The notes below the pieces were generated by a model. That model had not been told where the DNA came from. It ran no database searches and saw only the letters and a program-made list of their open reading frames with translations. Positions 1 through 10,260 of a stretch of 64,000 bases of DNA are shown piece by piece (the first letter of the stretch is position 1; every line of letters begins with the position of its first letter). This stretch comes from Hydrolagus affinis (Eukaryota): contig JAAILG010000027.1 in NCBI GenBank assembly GCA_012026655.1, positions 1-64,000 on the forward strand. Direction: 5' to 3'. Position numbers and translations under genes: made by a program.

Positions 1-100
1 GTTTTTTTGATTTATCGATATTTTTAAAATGCCTATATCGGCATATCGATATGAAAATTATATCGGGTTTTAGCGATATATCGATATATCGCCGGACCCT
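1..100. mobile_element. Right end of a non-autonomous hAT-like DNA transposon (MITE), truncated by the window edge
   Basis: Dense ATCG/ATCGAT/CGATAT subterminal repeats ending in ...GGACCCTA, matching the TAGGG...CCCTA terminus of vertebrate hAT MITEs. Left end not visible. Confidence 0.5.
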
Positions 101-116
101 AATCCCAAGGCAGTCG

Positions 117-385
117 GCTTACAAGCGAGAGACCTAGGTTCAATTCCGGGCAGCACATAACCATGGGAAAGTTTCCTTACTCCACACACCTGATAATAAT
201 CCTCAAAATAAAACAATAATAATTTAGTTATTTCAATCCATGGCTGTTGGGGGACCCAAATGTTGGCTGCCACATTTCACCCACAAATATGCAGTGAATT
301 CACTTTACAATATATTCTGTGAAGAGCTTTGGGATGTCTAAAAGATGTGGAAAGCGCTATATCAAATGCAAGAATTATTATTATC
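117..385 (+). mobile_element. tRNA-derived SINE with L2-type tail (major local SINE family), 5'-truncated
   Basis: B-box-like GGTTCAATTCC, family body (TTTCCTTACTCCAC...TTTCAATCCA...TTGGCTGCC), tail GGAAAGCGCTATATCAAATGCAAG(ATT)n. More than 12 related copies in the window. Confidence 0.85.
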
Positions 386-665
386 ATCATCAACTCTCAT
401 TATTTAATACAATGAATGTACCTGGATGTGCGTATTCCACATTCTCTCCGTCCACCCCACTCCCCACCCAACCCCACTCCACCATGTTAATGGTGACATC
501 CATGAAATCAACCTCGCAGTATTGGGCTTCCAGCTCCTTGATTACAGCATTCAACTGTCCAATAGCACAATGCTTCTTTTTGAAAACGCTGGTATGTCAC
601 AAACATGTGATGGCAAGCTGGAAGTCAAATGCCATAGACCTGGCTTCAGTGATATCACCATTAAA

Positions 666-968
666 AATAATAATAATAGCATTTGATATAGCGCTTTTCA
701 CATCTTCTAGACATCTCAAAGGGCTCACAGAATGTACTGCAGTGGATTTGATTCTATATTTGTGGGCGAAACGCGGCAGCCAATTGCACAAAGTAGTGTC
801 CCACAAACAGTCGTGGATTGAAATGACCAATTTATTAGTGTTTTTCTTGAGGAATTATTATCAGGCATGTGGAGTAAGGAAACTTGCCAGAGTTTCGACC
901 TGCCGGGAATCAAATCCAGTTCTTTCGCTTGCGAGGTGAGCGTGTTAACCACTGAGCTACAGGACTCC
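666..968 (-). mobile_element. Full-length tRNA-derived SINE (major family)
   Basis: Reverse complement reads GGAGTCCTGTAGCTCAGTGGTTAA (A box), then B box, body and (ATT)n tail. Confidence 0.9.
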
Positions 969-1511
969 ATATCAGGTAATGTCAGATTTTTAGCTTCAAG
1001 CTGCATTTAGGGGACAAAATCCACACTGTCTCCATATAGATTTTATCATTGTCTCTAAATGAGCTGATACTGTATATTCTGGAACCACTTTTGTTAACCT
1101 GCTGGGCATAAGCTAAACATGGCCTGACAACCAGAAATACTGTGGCATAATAAGCCAAGCACCAGTCAAAATCTTGGTTCCTCACCAAGCAATGTTTTCA
1201 GTTCTGTATTGTGCCCAGGTAAAATACACCCTGCAGTTATATTTCTCTGCAGTTAAGTTTGAAATTACCACTTAAAACTCATTGAAATGTGCAAAATAAT
1301 TATTACTGCAGGCTTGTGATTGGGTGCTTACGCCTCATTAAGTCTAACGAATGCTCATCGCTGAAGATCCTATCAACACTCGCTGAAGAATGACCATTAG
1401 AATGTGGTACAGAAGGTCCATGCAATCATCTCTGAATCAGTCATCACCTTCGAAATACGAAAGCCATTAAGAGAATCAATCAAAAGGTTCAGACCCACCA
1501 GTTAGTTGAGA

Positions 1512-1542
<31 letters not shown>

Positions 1543-1547
1543 GTGTG
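1512..1547. repeat. (GT)n microsatellite
   Basis: Direct observation. Confidence 0.95.
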
Positions 1548-2287
1548 AGATGCCTCTTGGCGACATCGTCCACTGACATGGGGTCATCTTCTATATGTAC
1601 GCAGATGACATCCAACCACCCAACTGTATCTCTTCGTCTCCACCCTTGACTCCAGGACCACTGCTGTTTTGACAAAATGTTTGTCAGACATCAAGTCCTC
1701 GATGACAGCTAACTTTCTTCAATTGAATGTCAACAAGACTGAGGCTGTCCTGATTGGCTCCTGTCAGCACCTCCAATCCTCAGGTGCTGATAGCATCACC
1801 ATCCATGGATGCACATGCCATCTCACTAAGCCAGTCCAGAATCTTGGCATCTTGTTCAACCCTTAACTATCCTTTCTATCCCACAACCATGCCGTGACCA
1901 GCTCTGCCTTCCACCACCTCCACAACATTGCCTCACACCACCGGCTACTGAAACCTTCATACATGCATTCATAACATCAAGGCTTGACTATGCTGCAAAT
2001 CATCCAGAACTTTGCAGCCCGTGTCCCCTCCTGCACTAGGCTCCGTGACCATATCACCCCCAACCATTCTGCCCACACCTCAGGAACTCCATCCCGCAGT
2101 CCTTCCACCTCTCCTTCTTCACGCCCCACCTCAAGGTTCTCTCTTTGACCATGCTTTTGATCGACCTCCTTCCCCTCCATGCCCCCAAACCCTACCCCCA
2201 GCTCAGGTCCAGAATACTCTCTGTCCAGCACCTTAGGATGTCCTCCCAACGTCAAGGAGACTGTACAAATGTGATTTGTTATTGTTG
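1548..2287 (+). mobile_element. L2-clade LINE fragment (RT C-terminal region to 3' tail), degenerate
   Basis: TAC GCA GAT GAC (YADD) at 1598; CLSDIKS-MTANFLQLNVNKTEA motif; L2 tail GATGTCCTCCCAACGTCAAGG...TGTTATTGTTG. Confidence 0.9.
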
Positions 2288-2855
2288 CCTGAAATCTAAT
2301 TAAGTAGTGTATTGATAAATCCAACTGCTGATTGACTGTGAAAAATGCAATAATTACATTGAATCTATCCAAACAGGATAGTCCTAACATGGGGCTTGAA
2401 CCCACATCCTCTGTCTCCAAGGCAAGAATGCTACCACTGTGCCAGATTAATATATCCCAAAACATGTGTGCAACCAATGTTCACTCCCCGCATGTTGGCT
2501 TATAGCTGTGGCGAAAAGAAAAAAAAAACTTTCAGGTCACTACCAACATCGCTTCCTTTTTGTTGAGTTTATGCAAAGTAGGATGTGACGTCGACGGCAA
2601 CTTGATGCCGCAAAAAATGGCCATTTGTTAGGCTATCGTGTACTGGACATGTGGAACAAACTACAGCAAAAGCCCTTTTATCCAGCACCCGATCAACCGT
2701 AACTTCAAATATAAAATCATTAAATCAAAGGAATCGTTGAAACTGAATTGGTACCCAAGATTGTCCACTCTTATCTGATATTGTTATGATGTAACTGCAT
2801 TATAAATCATGTAATCATTTGGTTTTGAGGCTAATGAGAAAGAAAAAGCACCCAC

Positions 2856-2987
2856 ATCAAGCTTCTGTGTGACTATCGCTTCCTGGATAGCGGCAATCAC
2901 GGTGCTGAGATCCAATTTTATATCCCGGTTCTCTGTGCGAAGGTGATCAGCTATTTCCATTGAGGTTTCCCATTTCAATTTCAGTTC
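2856..2987 (-). CDS. Coding exon 3 of an uncharacterised coiled-coil protein gene (ELKLKWETSMEIADHLRTENRDIKLDLSTVIAAIQEAIVTQKLD)
   Basis: Acceptor tcctttatgacag|GAA, donor GAT|gtgggt, 132 nt open, phase 0/0, in frame with the exon at 6110-6259; heptad-like composition. Confidence 0.7.
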
Positions 2988-3749
2988 CTGTCATAAAGGA
3001 GGACTGTATTAGTCAACATTATAATTTATTTTGATATTTAACACTCCAGATGTGTAGACAAATAGCAATTTCCTTAACACCTAAAATTGACAAGAATATA
3101 TGAAGAAATTGTAATTAAAACCTGGTTTCAGATCTAGCAACTTCCTATTCGGTAATTGTCGCTGCATTTACATTTTGGCAATATTCATCAAATGTGTACA
3201 GTAATAACCATAGCGCATCAAACTCATCAATTGTTGCATTATCCTGTTCAGGCAACAACCCATCAACATGCTTAAAAGTATCTGACACCAACAGAATTCA
3301 ATACCACCTACACAGAATTTTTTATAAATTAGAATGGAACGCACCTTTCCAAGTTGGAAGAGCAAAAGATTGGGGACACAAGAATGTACTGTGGGATTCT
3401 TCAGGAGTTTAACCAGGTAAAAATCTCACCACTGAAAGCACTGTGCTGCAAGTATCTTGCTGTTTGTCCAACTATGCCCATACTATAATTTAGGATTTTG
3501 GCTTAGTTAACAGGAGCCGAGTATGAAGATTCCACATACCTCTGTTCGCCTAGCAGTAAGTAGGAACCCAGTTGTTAGTCGATTGACAGATCACTTTTTC
3601 AGGGATAATAATTCCTTCAAATAAATAATTAATAATTTGGTCACTCCATCTACGGCTGTTCGTGGGACACTGAGATGCACAACTGTCTGCTGCATTTCAC
3701 CCACAAAATATACAGTCAATTCACTTTACGGAGTATCCTGTGACATACT

Positions 3750-4370
3750 TCGGGACGACTCAAATACGTTACATCCCAAGGTGCTGAATAGTCGAGGATC
3801 AGGACAAGTGTGGGGGGGGGACAGGATTAAGATGAGGGAAGGCAGAGAGGTAGGAGGGCAGCTAAGCGCAGCTCATGGTCGAAAGGGAGAGTTTCCAGTC
3901 ATGCCTTGAAGGTGGCGAGGGAGAAAGGCAAACTGATTGTGGATTGGAGTTACAAAGTGTGGGGGAAGAGAGGCTAAAACCTGGCCACCAGTGGTTCAGC
4001 AGGTGACATGGAGCAAGCTGGAGACAGCTAAATGGAATAAGGCAGGTTGATAGGAGGGTTAGCAGATCAGGGAGTAAGGCCCTGGAGATCCTTGATAGTG
4101 GGGACGATCATTTTGAATTCTATCTCCAGACGGATAGGGAGCCACTGGACCTGAGCGAGGATGGCAGGAATGAAGTCACGGAGCCTGATAGAGGAGAGGA
4201 CACAGGCTGCAGAGTTCTGGGTGATCTGCAGCTTATGGAGAGAAGAGTTGAGGAAGTCGACAAGGAGGGAGTTTCCGTAGTCGAGCCTTGAATGCACATA
4301 TGAGGGTTTCAGTGGCCTAAGGGGTGAGGCACTGACAGAGTTGAAGAATGTTGCGGAGTATATAAAACAA
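3750..4370 (-). mobile_element. L2 LINE 3' fragment
   Basis: SRLDYGNSLL...KLQITQNSAA...WLPIRLEIEFK, the conserved L2 ORF2 C-terminal motif. Confidence 0.9.
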
Positions 4371-4734
4371 AGTTCTCCATTTTTAAAAATAAATGCTTAA
4401 GAAAATAAAAGTGGTCATTATATTGTATTGGCACACTGACATTCTAAATAACAGAAAAAAGGCTCCAAAATATTTGTGTTGTGCTTCTGATTCCTGAAGA
4501 CTTGATTCACAAATAATTTATAACCCAGCCAAAACACTACAAACTATGTTACATTAATTCACTCAATAAATTAAGTATTTATCAAATATTTATATCTACT
4601 TTCTCTAACTGCATTGACTAAGACATGTAACTGAGAATACAAGCTTGTGTAGTTGTCCTAGGAAGTAAAGGGACCGCCTCAACATGTTTCATACCCCATG
4701 GAAGATGTCAGTCTTAGCTCAACACCTAAAATGA

Positions 4735-4830
4735 AAGGATTAGTTGAGGTATGGATCAGCCATGATCTATTTAAATGGCAGAACAGGCTTGAAGAGCTGA
4801 ATGGCCTACTACTGCTCCTATGTTCCATCA
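4735..4830 (+). mobile_element. CR1-type LINE/SINE 3' tail
   Basis: GATCAGCCATGATCT...AATGGCAGAACAGGCTTGAAG-GCTGAATGGCCTACT-CTGCTCCTATGTTC resembles the shark CR1/HER1-type 3' end. Confidence 0.7.
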
Positions 4831-5337
4831 GTATGACTAGCTGCTTTGTTAAAAACTTGATGTTCTACTTCACTTGGTTTTCTTGGAAAGTTCCTCTTCT
4901 TTCCTTCTGTTAAAATGAAATGAATTTTTAGCTGCCATGTAGTTTTAAAGATGCATTTGGAACATTTGTGTTTTTCACTTCATACATTTAAAATGAACTG
5001 ATCGCTGGTAAAATATCAGCTTCTACACCCTTAAAACAGCAAAAGTCACATTTTGTAGTCTTCTTTGATAGATCTATTAACTTGAAATATCAAGTGTTCA
5101 ATACACTTTCTCACAGTTGTACATAACATTAATAAACTCTTCTTAGTTCAACAACAACAACAACTTAAACTTATAAAGCGCCTTTCACATCAGGAGGACG
5201 TCCCAAGGCGCTGGTTCAAATGTACATTACAATTTTCTAATGAACCAGAATGCAGGATACAGTTCTTTACATAAAAACAAAAAGTGTCATGAAAGTTTGA
5301 TTTGAGAATGCCAAGTCATTTATTCACATATACACAG

Positions 5338-6066
5338 AGTAGAAGCCCGTTTATCCATGATTCGATGCACCGACACTTCCGTATAACCGGCACACCAAAA
5401 AAAAAGTTCCCATTCGATAAACTGGAACTTATCCGGAACAATAGCAGTGGAGCATTTGTAAATGCATAAATAACAACATAATAACAGAATATTGTATTGG
5501 TACTTATTGTTAAAACTACTCTCTTGCGCTTTTTACCTTTACTAGTAGATGCTATGCTTGAAGCCATGATGCTGCGGTTGAGGTTTATAGTCCAGCGATT
5601 CTTTTTAAAATGGAGCACGCCAAGCAGGGTGAAAAAAATGGAGCGCGTATGACTATAAAGTCATACTAGTGGCAAGCCGATAATCCACATTGTCGCACAG
5701 GTGCAGTATTTGGGTTTGCTGCTAGTAGAGTCTAGGGCTTCGGCTTGCAGCTAGTAAAATCGCGCAACTTTAAAACCACGCTGCCATTTTTTTCACTCGC
5801 TTGGCGTCCTCCATTTCAAAAAAGAATCACTGGATTGTAAACCTCAATCAGTAAAGGTAAGAAGCGCAAGAGAGTAGTTTTAACAATAAGTACCAATATA
5901 ATATTCTGTTATTATCTGTTATTACTTAGTCTGGTGTGTATGGTGTATGTTAAAAGAACTGTAATTTTTTTTTAGTGGGTTTTCGGCCGCGGGCCGCCCG
6001 AATATCCGGCAGGCGCTTTGACCGGCATTGGCCAGTTATATAAAATATATAACTGACTCTTTTACT
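5338..6066. mobile_element. Tc1/mariner (Tigger/pogo-like) MITE, long form with a large internal inverted repeat
   Basis: Ends resemble the CAGTAAAAGCC(C/T)GTTTATCC TIR of the copies at 13431-13878; internal arms ~5469-5648 and ~5777-5923 are reverse-complementary. Confidence 0.75.
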
Positions 6067-6109
6067 TTTATAAAAGTATAAAACAAAGCTTCTAATGCAA
6101 AACACTTAC

Positions 6110-6259
6110 ATTTAACATATGGTCAGCTTTCCTCAGTTTGGAATCGAGATTAGCCACCTTCTCATTTGCCTCTCTTTCAAGATCTTCAACAGTTTGTACC
6201 AAGACGTCATTCTGATCACTGAGGTCATCTACATAGGATTGAAAAATCCTTATCTTCAT
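6110..6259 (-). CDS. Coding exon 2 of the uncharacterised coiled-coil gene (MKIRIFQSYVDDLSDQNDVLVQTVEDLEREANEKVANLDSKLRKADHMLN)
   Basis: Strong acceptor tgttacattttgacttttcag|ATG and consensus donor AAT|gtaagt; 150 nt open, phase 0/0; clear coiled-coil heptads. Confidence 0.85.
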
Positions 6260-6349
6260 CTGAAAAGTCAAAATGTAACAGCAAAGCATTAGTCTACTTT
6301 GTTCTGAATCTAAGAATAAACAAATATTTTGCCCTCAGTTAATCCTCTT

Positions 6350-6752
6350 CCATTGCTTTCCGAGTCACAAAGTTGTGGGGCAAACTCCCTTCGGACTTGG
6401 AACGCATGTCGTCTAAGTTGACACTCCAATACAATACTGGATTGCTGTATGCTGCATTGTTGGAAGTGCTACCCTTCAGGTGAGACATTAAACTGAGGGC
6501 CTGTCTGCTGTTCAGCTGGATGTTAAAGATCTGACTATTTAAAAACAGGGAGTTTCTGCCGGTGTCCTGACTAACAAACATCCGAATAAAATTGATCAGT
6601 TACTTCATAGATGTTTGCGGGACATTGTTATGCGCAAATTGGCTGCTGTGTTCATGCACAGACACAATAACTCCACTTTACACTATATCCTGCAAAACAC
6701 TTTGAGATATCCTTCTGACATGGAAGGAGCAATACCAATAAGAATTATTATT
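6350..6752 (+). mobile_element. Deu-domain SINE (SacSINE1/AmnSINE1-like superfamily), degenerate
   Basis: Deu-like core TGCTGCATTGTTGGAAGTGC...TGAGACATTAAACTGAGG...GGATGTTAAAGATC...GGTGTCCTG, followed by the same L2-type tail as the major SINE. Confidence 0.7.
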
Positions 6753-7059
6753 ACTGTAATTTTTTCATTCACCGAATAGGCCAGAACTACTGAACATTAG
6801 GTTGCTTGGGACGTCCTCCTGAAGTGAAAGGTGGTAAATAAGTATAATTTTTTTGTTATTGTTTTTGTTATGCGTACGGTGTATTTCAATGGTCTAATTA
6901 GTAAGCAAAGAAAACAATTGTATTTTCTAGGCATGTGTGTAAGCACTTTTTCTGCAACAGTGTTCTGGCTTTAAGTGTTGCTTATATATATCAAATGATG
7001 TCTTACTATCGCCAAAATAGAAAATCTTTCCCTAGCGTGCAGCAACTTTCCTCCACAAA

Positions 7060-7360
7060 TATTCGACCAACATCTGCCTTCAGCGTAGGATAATACAGGA
7101 CACCTTGAGATGCTCTAAAGGGCCAGGTCCAATGCATGTATGTACAGGCTTTCGCAACACCAGCTGCTTGAGGATCTTCAGCAAACAGACATGCACATCA
7201 TGAAGATAATTCCACCTCCAGGGTGCTTGGGAACAGATTAGTCCTCCTCTTCCCTGCACCCAGTTCAACTCATCGCTTGGCTCAAATATGTCAAAAAAAA
7301 ACAATCTCCTGTTCTGTATGCCCAAAACTTCAGGATAGCAGAGATGGAGGAAATGAGCAA
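7060..7360 (-). mobile_element. Possible Tx1/L1-clade LINE fragment
   Basis: Minus-strand translation has a ...GRGGL... segment and leucine-rich helix reminiscent of Tx1 ORF2 downstream of RT; heavily decayed. Confidence 0.3.
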
Positions 7361-7995
7361 GAATCAGGCAGGAATGCTATTGTTGATAATAATACTAATA
7401 ATCCTTGCATTTGATATAGCACTTTTCATATCTTATTGACGTCCTCAAAGCACTTCACAGAATATACTGTAAAGTGAATTGACTGTATTTGTTATTACAG
7501 TACAACAATAATATTGATATTACAACAATAACAACTTCTAAACAACAATAATGGTTTGATTCACCTGTATTTACATGTCCTGTTTCCTAACTGAATAAGT
7601 TTCCCTAAGTTGTAGTTTGGAGTCCTACCTAAGAACTGATGTCTTCTTTATTTATAAAAATCCTTATGGAAATTCATGCAATTCATATAGTGCTTTTTAC
7701 ATCAGAACAATGCCTCAAAATGCTTCTCAGTAAAGTGTAATGACTTGTTTGTGATGCAGATCTGACTGTACAGAGTCTTGGGATTCGATAAATGTAACTT
7801 TGTTGTTGTTTTCATTTAGTCATGAAAGGAGCCATACAAATGTAATTTGTTGTATTCTTGTGGGAAATTGTTGGGCCAGGACATGGAAAGAAGAAACTGC
7901 TTTCTCTGTGTGGTCATGACAGTTCTAAAGTGTTTTCACCACCCACCGCCATTGCCACTTGCACTTTGCCATTTAAGAAAGTACAAGACAACAAC

Positions 7996-8100
7996 TTCTG
8001 ACAAAGGATTATGGACCCGAAACGTTGACTCACTTTTCCTTTCTCTGTTGATGCTGCCTGACCTGCTGAGTGTTCCCAGCTATTTATGTTTTTATTGCAC
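7996..8100 (+). mobile_element. Penelope-type short repeat with a degenerate hammerhead-like core
   Basis: CTGACAAAGGATTATGGACCCGAAACGTTGACTC...GATGCTGCCTGACCTGCTGAGT; same family as 29299, 48826 and 56340. Confidence 0.65.
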
Positions 8101-8104
8101 TTAT

Positions 8105-9000
8105 ATAGTGAGGCGAAGGGACTGCGGGATGGAGTTCCAGAGTGTGGGGGCAGAGAGGCTGAAAGCTCGGCAACCAATGGTAGGGTGGGGGATATGGAGA
8201 AGCCCAGAGCCCGCTGAACGGAGGAGGCGGGCTGATTGGTAGAGAATCAGCAGGTCATAGAGATAGTAAGGGGCAAGCCCGTGGATGGCCTTGAAAGTGA
8301 GGACCAGGATCTTGAATTCGATCCTCTGGGGGATGGGGAGCCAATGGAACCAGGCGAGGGTGGGAATGATGTAGTCGCGGAGATTAGTGCAGGAGAGGGC
8401 ACGAGCTGCAGAATTTTGGATGATCTGCAGCTTGTGAAGGGAAGAGCCATGAAGGCTGACGAGGAGGGAGTTTCCATAATCAAGCCTTGACGTGACGAAT
8501 GCGTGGACGAGGGTTTTGGCGGCCTGAAGGGTGAGGCACTGGCAGAGTATGGCAATGGCACGGAGGCGGTAGAAGGCAGTGCAGGTCACGGTATGAATTG
8601 AACAACCTCGAATTGTTAAGTTGAGGATGCGAGGGACATGTCGGTGGCCAGTGCCAGTCGAGAGGATGCGCTGGGCGATGGAGAGAGAGAGGCAGAGGTA
8701 GGGAGGTGCCAGGGAGTGAAAGGATTTGAACACAAGTGTGAGGATCTTAAAGTCAATGCGTTTGGTGATGGGGAGCCATTGCAGCCTGGCCAGAACTGGT
8801 GAGATGTGGTTATGGAGTTTGGACCGGGTCAGGGACAAAACAATGCACAAGGGTTTTGGCTGCATGTGTACGGTGGAAGGCGGCAGAAGACGGCCAGAGA
8901 CCAGATATGGGGGAGGTTGAACCAGAAGCCCAGATTGGCACTGGTTCGGTGCGTGTGAGGGGGGAGAGCCCAAGGGAAGTTGAGGAGTTCCGCTCCATTG
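8105..9000 (-). mobile_element. Two adjacent or rearranged L2 LINE fragments (explains ORF 8101-8973)
   Basis: Motif HI(S/I)P-LA-L-WLPI--RI(D/E)FKIL-L-FK occurs twice; SRLDYGNSLL and QNSAAR present. Confidence 0.9.
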
Positions 9001-9178
9001 GAGTGAAGAGTTGACGGTGCAAAGAATGCATTTTACAATAGTTTTTATTCACTTTGCCCGCACGCACCCACTCCCTCCCCCACCCCCCCTCCCAAAAAAG
9101 TGGCAAACATTTTACCAAATATCATTGTTGTTATGTGATTAACAAACCCGGACTGATGCCTTCTCCGGATTTACTTAC

Positions 9179-9415
9179 CCTCAACCCATTACTATTCTCA
9201 TCTCTAAACTCGGTGTGTTTCAGCTTCTCCTCATACAAGTCCTTGAACTCCCTGAGAAGGCGCTTCATGTTGTGCCTGACTGATGGCGAGGTCGGTGAAG
9301 AGCATCTCTTGTCTCCCGCTCCCAGCAGCTCTACCTCCCGCCTCAAGCCACCGAGGGCCGGGATTCCGGACCTGGACGGACAAATGGACCCAAGGTCCAC
9401 CTCTCCGCGCTCCAT
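9179..9415 (-). CDS. First coding exon of the uncharacterised coiled-coil gene (MERGEV...MKRLLREFKDLYEEKLKHTEFRDENSNGLR)
   Basis: ATG at 9415 (alternative in-frame ATG at 9268), consensus donor AGG|gtaagt at 9179/9178, phase 0 matching the exon at 6110-6259; lies at the edge of a CpG island. Start codon choice uncertain. Confidence 0.75.
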
Positions 9416-10260
9416 TTTTAACCAGGGCTTTATTAAAGATAAAAGCCGCTTCAGTGATTAGCGAACAAGGCGTCCTCCCATTATGTGAGAGGCGGTGGCG
9501 CTGCCCTTCCCTCCTCCCGCTCGCTCGCCCTGGAGACGGGAGTTTAACGGAACTTTCAAACCCAACAGACAAACTGCACTCGCACCCAGCCCCGCCCCCC
9601 TCCCGCCGAACCCGCAACGCCATTGGTGGACGGCGCGGCACAGGCGGGTCCATCTCACCAGCTCGCTCGCTGACTGGCTGGACGGTGTGTCACTCAACAA
9701 ATGCGTCACACGGCCCCACCCCTCCCTCCCCCTCTCTCTTCGACACGAGTAATAAACAAAACAAAAAAAAGGAACCAACTGCCGGCCGGAGTCGGCTGTC
9801 AGTGAAGGTCATCAACAGGTAGGGAGGTGCGGCAATTAATGGCTGAGTGCTGAAGCTATTCGTCTCTCTAATACATACACACACCAGGCCAGGGTCACGT
9901 GAAACGGAAGAAGACGCTTGGCCGTTGTCAAGTGACGTTCCAGGCGTCGGGGGGGCAGATGAAGAGCGTGTCCTAGGCCCAGGCCTCGGGCTGACCTGGA
10001 GAGAGCTGCAGCCGCCCCGCAGAGGTACCTTCCTCCCCTGTCCCCGTACCCGGCGAGTCTCTGGCGAGTTACCCGGTGCCCACTCTGGCTTCCCTCCCCC
10101 ACCCACCAACATATCGATTCACTTTGCAGTGCAGACCCAAGCTGGCCCTCTCGAAAGCGCGTTGAGACGTCCCGGAGATGCGATCGGGCGCTATTTATTC
10201 ATTGTTATTGATTAATCATTATTATTATATATTATTATTTCCCTCCCGTGGCCTCCCGCT
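9180..10260. promoter_or_regulatory. CpG island / probable bidirectional promoter for PEX2 (+) and the coiled-coil gene (-)
   Basis: Only strongly GC- and CpG-rich non-repeat segment in the window. GC box CCCGCCCC ~9592, inverted CCAAT 9622-9626, E-box GTCACGTG 9894-9901, ETS CGGAAG 9905-9910, CRE half-site TGACG 9933-9937. Confidence 0.8.
9900..10024 (+). other. PEX2: Candidate non-coding first exon of PEX2
   Basis: Inside the CpG island and ending at GAG|gtacct (GT at 10025). A second + donor, CAG|gtaggg, is at 9819. Vertebrate PEX2 has non-coding 5' exons. Boundaries inferred, not proven. Confidence 0.4.

Noticed and set aside
319-939. 206-aa ORF and similar recurring ...KRYIKCK... ORFs
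   Set aside because: Chance frames through SINE copies.
1027-1098. Possible exon 4 of the coiled-coil gene (VNKSGSRIYSISSFRDNDKIYMET, phase 0/0)
   Set aside because: Frame-compatible, but the polypyrimidine tract and donor (gtgtgg) are weak and there is no coiled-coil character. Needs RNA evidence.
3150-3285. Protein-like minus frame (TFKHVDGLLPEQDNATIDEFDAL)
   Set aside because: Would need a phase-1 acceptor, incompatible with flanking phase-0 exons; no good donor.
4860-4910. Good minus-strand acceptor tttcattttaacag followed by purine-rich sequence
   Set aside because: In-frame stop after 13 codons and no convincing donor.
9231-10215. Many overlapping 85-180 aa ORFs in the GC-rich region
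   Set aside because: Stop-codon depletion in a CpG island; Pro/Arg/Gly-rich with no domain. Only 9179-9415 has supporting splice structure.
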